Origin: Dehalococcoidales bacterium
Lineage (GTDB): Bacteria; Chloroflexota; Dehalococcoidia; Dehalococcoidales; RBG-16-60-22
Length of the DNA stretch: 54,652 nt
Assembly (NCBI GenBank): GCA_034420195.1
Contig: DAOULO010000050.1
Span: 1 to 54,652 of the forward strand
Direction of reading: 5' to 3'
The notes beneath the pieces are model-generated. The model was not told the origin of the DNA and did not search any database. It saw only the letters and a program-made list of their open reading frames with translations. The position numbers and the translations under genes were made by a program. Numbering within the stretch: the stretch's first letter is position 1; every line of letters begins with the position of its first letter. Positions 52,137-54,652 of the stretch are shown piece by piece.

Positions 52137-52256
52137 TTACTTTTTCTGTTCCATGGGCTGCCCGCAGCAGGTGATGGTGCCGCTGCCTCCCTTGGTGATA
52201 ATCATTTCAGAGCCGCACTTGGTGCAGCGGTATCTCTTGCCGACCTGATTTGCCAT
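52137..52256 (-). CDS. Desulforedoxin-like small protein 1 (Dx-type FeS4 motif)
   Basis: I trimmed the 61-aa ORF to the ATG at 52256, which follows AGAGGTGA. The protein is MANQVGKRYRCTKCGSEMIITKGGSGTITCCGQPMEQKK (39 aa). The Cx2C-x15-CC..PM pattern matches desulforedoxin and the desulfoferrodoxin N-domain. Confidence 0.6.
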   Translation of the reverse strand: MANQVGKRYRCTKCGSEMIITKGGSGTITCCGQPMEQKK

Positions 52257-52332
52257 ACGACTCACCTCTTTGCGAGTGTTTAATCCTTCCTTATTATAAG
52301 CCCGCCGGCTAGGGGTTGTCAAAGCTGATTTC

Positions 52333-52413
52333 AGGGGGTTTCCCCCGCCTCCCCATCGGAATTATCTATTCCCACCCTAGCCGCCCTTGCGGCATCCTCG
52401 GCTTATCCCGTAG
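52333..52413 (+). repeat. Family-A REP/BIME-like unit (solo)
   Basis: GGGGGTTTCCCCCGCCTCCCCATC..ATTATCTATTCCCACCCTAGCCGCCCTTGCGGCATCCTCGGCTTATCCCGTAG. It ends 3 nt before the flavodoxin stop codon. Confidence 0.8.
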
Positions 52414-52415
52414 AT

Positions 52416-52850
52416 TTATCCCCCGGCGAGCTTTTTGCCCAACTCCTTACAGGCGGCCAGGTTCTCCTCGGTGGGCTGGCGCTGGATGCCCAGGCTGTCG
52501 GTAACGCGTTTCATCCGGAGGCCGTCGCAGATGTGCTCCACGCTCTCGATGGCGGCCAGGCCCCCGCCCCCGTAGCTGCCGAAGACGGCGTAGGGCTTAT
52601 CGGCCATTTTCTCGCGCACGTGAATCCAGACGCGGTCGAAGAAGTCCTTGACCATCCCGGCCATGTAGGCGAAGTAGTTGGGCGTGCCGATGGCGACGGC
52701 GTCGCAGCCGAGCAGGTCTTTCTCGTCGACGTCGGGGGCCTTTTTCAGGGTCACCTTGGCCCCGGCGGCCTCGGCCCCGGCGGCGACGGCCCGGGCCATG
52801 GTCTCGGTATTGCCGCTCTGGGAGTGGTAGACGATGAGCAGGTTTTTCAT
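52416..52850 (-). CDS. Flavodoxin-family protein
   Basis: 144 aa. The FMN-binding start is MKNLLIVYHSQSGNTETMA. Further blocks are ...DAVAIGTPNYF and SYGGGG. The ATG follows AAGGAGGAA. Confidence 0.85.
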   Translation of the reverse strand: MKNLLIVYHSQSGNTETMARAVAAGAEAAGAKVTLKKAPDVDEKDLLGCDAVAIGTPNYFAYMAGMVKDFFDRVWIHVREKMADKPYAVFGSYGGGGLAAIESVEHICDGLRMKRVTDSLGIQRQPTEENLAACKELGKKLAGG

Positions 52851-52932
52851 AGACGGGCGTTCCTCCTTGCGGGTATTTTGAAGCTATGTTCCGGCCATGA
52901 AGTATAACCGTGGAGCCGCTAGGGTGTCAAAC

Positions 52933-53011
52933 GGGGTGGTTCCCCTCCACCCCTCAGTGTTATCTATTCCCACCCTAGCCACCCAGTGTCATCCGCGGCT
53001 TAGCCCGTAGG
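52933..53011 (+). repeat. Family-A REP/BIME-like unit (solo)
   Basis: GGGGTGGTTCCCCTCCACCCC..GTTATCTATTCCCACCCTAGCCACCCAGTGTCATCCGCGGCTTAGCCCGTAGG. Its TTA (53000-53002) is the pyrK stop codon. Confidence 0.8.
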
Positions 53012-53815
53012 TTTGCCCCGCCCCAGCGTATCCCAGTCCAGCCCCGCAAGTTCCCCCAGCTCAAACACCGGCCCGTCTTTACAGACCTGTTTCGGGCCGT
53101 TTTTCGTCTTAATGGTGCAGCCGTAGCAGACGCCCGTCCCGCAGCCCATGACAATCTCCAGCGAGACCTGGACGGATTTATTTTTTAGCTCCGGCATTTG
53201 CGCCATCGTCCGGTACATGGCCACCGGCCCGCAGGCGAAGACCTGGTCGATGCCGTCGAGATAAGCGGGAATGAGCTGGGTAGCCAGCCCCTTAAAGCCC
53301 TCGGAGCCGTCCTCGGTGGCGGTGAGGCAGTGGAGGCTGGCGGGCAGCGTACCGCTATCGTAGAGGCGCTGCGGGGAGGCCACCGGCAGGAGGCAGTCGG
53401 CGTCGCGGGCGCCGGAAATCAGCGTCACCTTCTGGCCGGAGGCGGCGGCGGTGTCGGCCAGAAAGACCAGCGGCGCCAGGCCGATGCCCCCGGCCACCAG
53501 CAGGAGGTTTTTAGCGTCTGGGGCGATGGTGAAGCCGTTGCCCAGCGGCCCGAAGACATCGAGCGCCTCGCCCTTTTTACGGGCGGCCAGCCAGCCGGTG
53601 CCCCCGCCGACGACGCTGAAGAGCAGCGCCAGCCTTTCCCCGTCGGTGCGGTGGACGCTGAAGGGGCGGGGGAGGAAAGTATCGCCGCCGCAGCGCACCA
53701 TGACGAACTGCCCCGGCCGGGCGGCGCGGGCAATCTCCGGGGCCTCCAGCCAGAGGAGGCGGGCATCGCGCGTTACCTCCTGGGCGGAAATGATGGCGGC
53801 CTTGAGCTGCTTCAT
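53000..53815 (-). CDS. pyrK: Dihydroorotate dehydrogenase electron-transfer subunit
   Basis: 271 aa. It has an FNR-like fold (GQFVMVRC...RPFSV) and an NAD block (LLVAGGIGLAPL). The C-terminal 2Fe-2S motif is CG.GVCYGC. The start overlaps the carB stop (ATGA). Confidence 0.88.
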   Translation of the reverse strand: MKQLKAAIISAQEVTRDARLLWLEAPEIARAARPGQFVMVRCGGDTFLPRPFSVHRTDGERLALLFSVVGGGTGWLAARKKGEALDVFGPLGNGFTIAPDAKNLLLVAGGIGLAPLVFLADTAAASGQKVTLISGARDADCLLPVASPQRLYDSGTLPASLHCLTATEDGSEGFKGLATQLIPAYLDGIDQVFACGPVAMYRTMAQMPELKNKSVQVSLEIVMGCGTGVCYGCTIKTKNGPKQVCKDGPVFELGELAGLDWDTLGRGKPTG

Positions 53816-54652
53816 GGCGCCCTCCGGTCGCGGTAATCGGGGAGGGGCTGGGTGGTGTAGCTCTGGCCGCCGCGGACGAAGGCCTCCGTGGCGGCGCGTA
53901 TCGTGTCCAGCGAGGTGAAGCAGGGGATGCGCTTCTCGGCGGCGGCGCGGCGGATGTAGAAGCCGTCGCGGAAGGGGACGTTGCCCCCGGTCAGGGTGCT
54001 CACCACGCCGGAGATGGTGCCGTCGTTGATGAGGTCGATGATGTTGGGGTGCCCCTCGTCGAGCTTCTTAGAGGTCATCTTGACGGGCAGCCCGGCGGTC
54101 TCAATCAGGTTGGCGGTGCCCTCGGTGGCGTAGAGCTTGTGGCTGGCGGCCAGGCGGCGGATGATGGGCAGGGCCTCGGCCTTGTCACGGTCGGCGATGG
54201 TAAAGAGAATGCCGCTGTCGGGGGTCAGCGCCAGACCGGACGCCAGGATGGCCTTGGCCAGGGCGGCCTCCAGGGTGTAATCGATGCCCATGACCTCGCC
54301 GGTGGACTTCATCTCCGGCCCCAGGTGGGTATCCACGCCGGTGAGCTTGGACATGGAGAAGACCGGCGCCTTGACGGCGATGAGCTGGCCCACCGGCCAG
54401 AGCCCGCCGGCATATCCCTGCTCCTTGAGGGACTTGCCCAGCATGACGCCGGTGGCGACTTTAATCATGGGGACGCCGGTGACCTTGGAGATGAAGGGGA
54501 CGGTGCGGCTGGCGCGCGGGTTGACCTCCAGCACGTAGATGGACGAGGCCTGGCCCTCGGCGCCGGGCATGATGACGAACTGGATGTTCATCAGCCCCTG
54601 GATTTTCAGCCCCAGCCCGATGCGCACGGTGTAATCCACCAGGGTATCCACC
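53812..54652 (-). CDS. carB: Carbamoyl-phosphate synthase large subunit, C-terminal part (5' end beyond the window)
   Basis: The frame is open to the window edge. Blocks are ...YVLEVNPRASRTVPFISKVTGVPM.KVAT.VMLG. An MGS-like allosteric domain follows (GILFTIADRDKAEALPIIRRLA..HKLYATEGTA). Confidence 0.92.
   Translation of the reverse strand, partial: VDTLVDYTVRIGLGLKIQGLMNIQFVIMPGAEGQASSIYVLEVNPRASRTVPFISKVTGVPMIKVATGVMLGKSLKEQGYAGGLWPVGQLIAVKAPVFSMSKLTGVDTHLGPEMKSTGEVMGIDYTLEAALAKAILASGLALTPDSGILFTIADRDKAEALPIIRRLAASHKLYATEGTANLIETAGLPVKMTSKKLDEGHPNIIDLINDGTISGVVSTLTGGNVPFRDGFYIRRAAAEKRIPCFTSLDTIRAATEAFVRGGQSYTTQPLPDYRDRRAP

Noticed and set aside
4863-53011. Whether the recurring 'TCTATTCCCACCC...GCTTAGCCCG' repeats form a CRISPR array
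   Set aside because: The copies are dispersed over 48 kb in separate intergenic regions and occur in both orientations. Genes, not short unique spacers, separate them. No cas genes are present. I interpret them as REP/BIME- or MITE-like elements.

Overview
All calls come from reading the sequence and ORF translations; no database search was run.

**Overall:** This is a high-GC bacterial chromosomal segment (sampled 60-nt lines about 65-68% GC). Its gene content fits a monoderm Chloroflexota/Dehalococcoidia-like organism, which is an inference. It holds about 55 protein genes, mostly housekeeping:
- Repair, proteostasis and translation: recN, clpC, remA-gmk, rarA, hisS, rel, rpsT.
- Transport and metabolism: PiT/DUF47, AmmeMemoRadiSam, speH-speE, moeA, pyrK and the carB 3' end.

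**Most interesting content:**
1. **Foreign cassette (16495-18353).** It sits between rarA and the AmmeMemoRadiSam genes. An ATPase-less FtsH/M41-like Zn-peptidase gene is followed by a strongly AT-rich gene (about 28-32% GC in sampled lines). That gene's N-terminal half carries a HEPN-type RNxxxH motif. Its C-terminal domain belongs to the same beta-sandwich family as the membrane-proximal stalk of the two surface proteins below. This is my best candidate for an undescribed conflict/defence module.
2. **Two S-layer-like proteins (39592-42771 and 44243-47401).** Both are about 1050 aa with a signal peptide, BNR/Asp-box repeats, two stalk domains, a Pro/Thr linker and a C-terminal TM anchor. One has an AT-rich leader of about 420 bp.
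3. **Glycosylation pair.** A GT39 plus polyprenol-phosphate-mannose synthase pair could glycosylate these surface proteins.
4. **Heliorhodopsin.** It keeps both the Schiff-base Lys and the counterion Glu.
5. **Dense REP/BIME- or MITE-like repeats.** A GC-rich palindromic family fills about 10 intergenic regions, as solo units and inverted pairs, and supplies stop codons to several genes. A second double-hairpin family has three copies.
6. **Orphan 5S rRNA.** It has no neighbouring 16S or 23S gene.
7. **Unlisted small genes.** An OadG-like decarboxylase subunit and a second tandem desulforedoxin-like gene are absent from the ORF track; the first desulforedoxin-like gene appears there only as a longer 61-aa ORF.

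No CRISPR array, transposase or integrase was seen.
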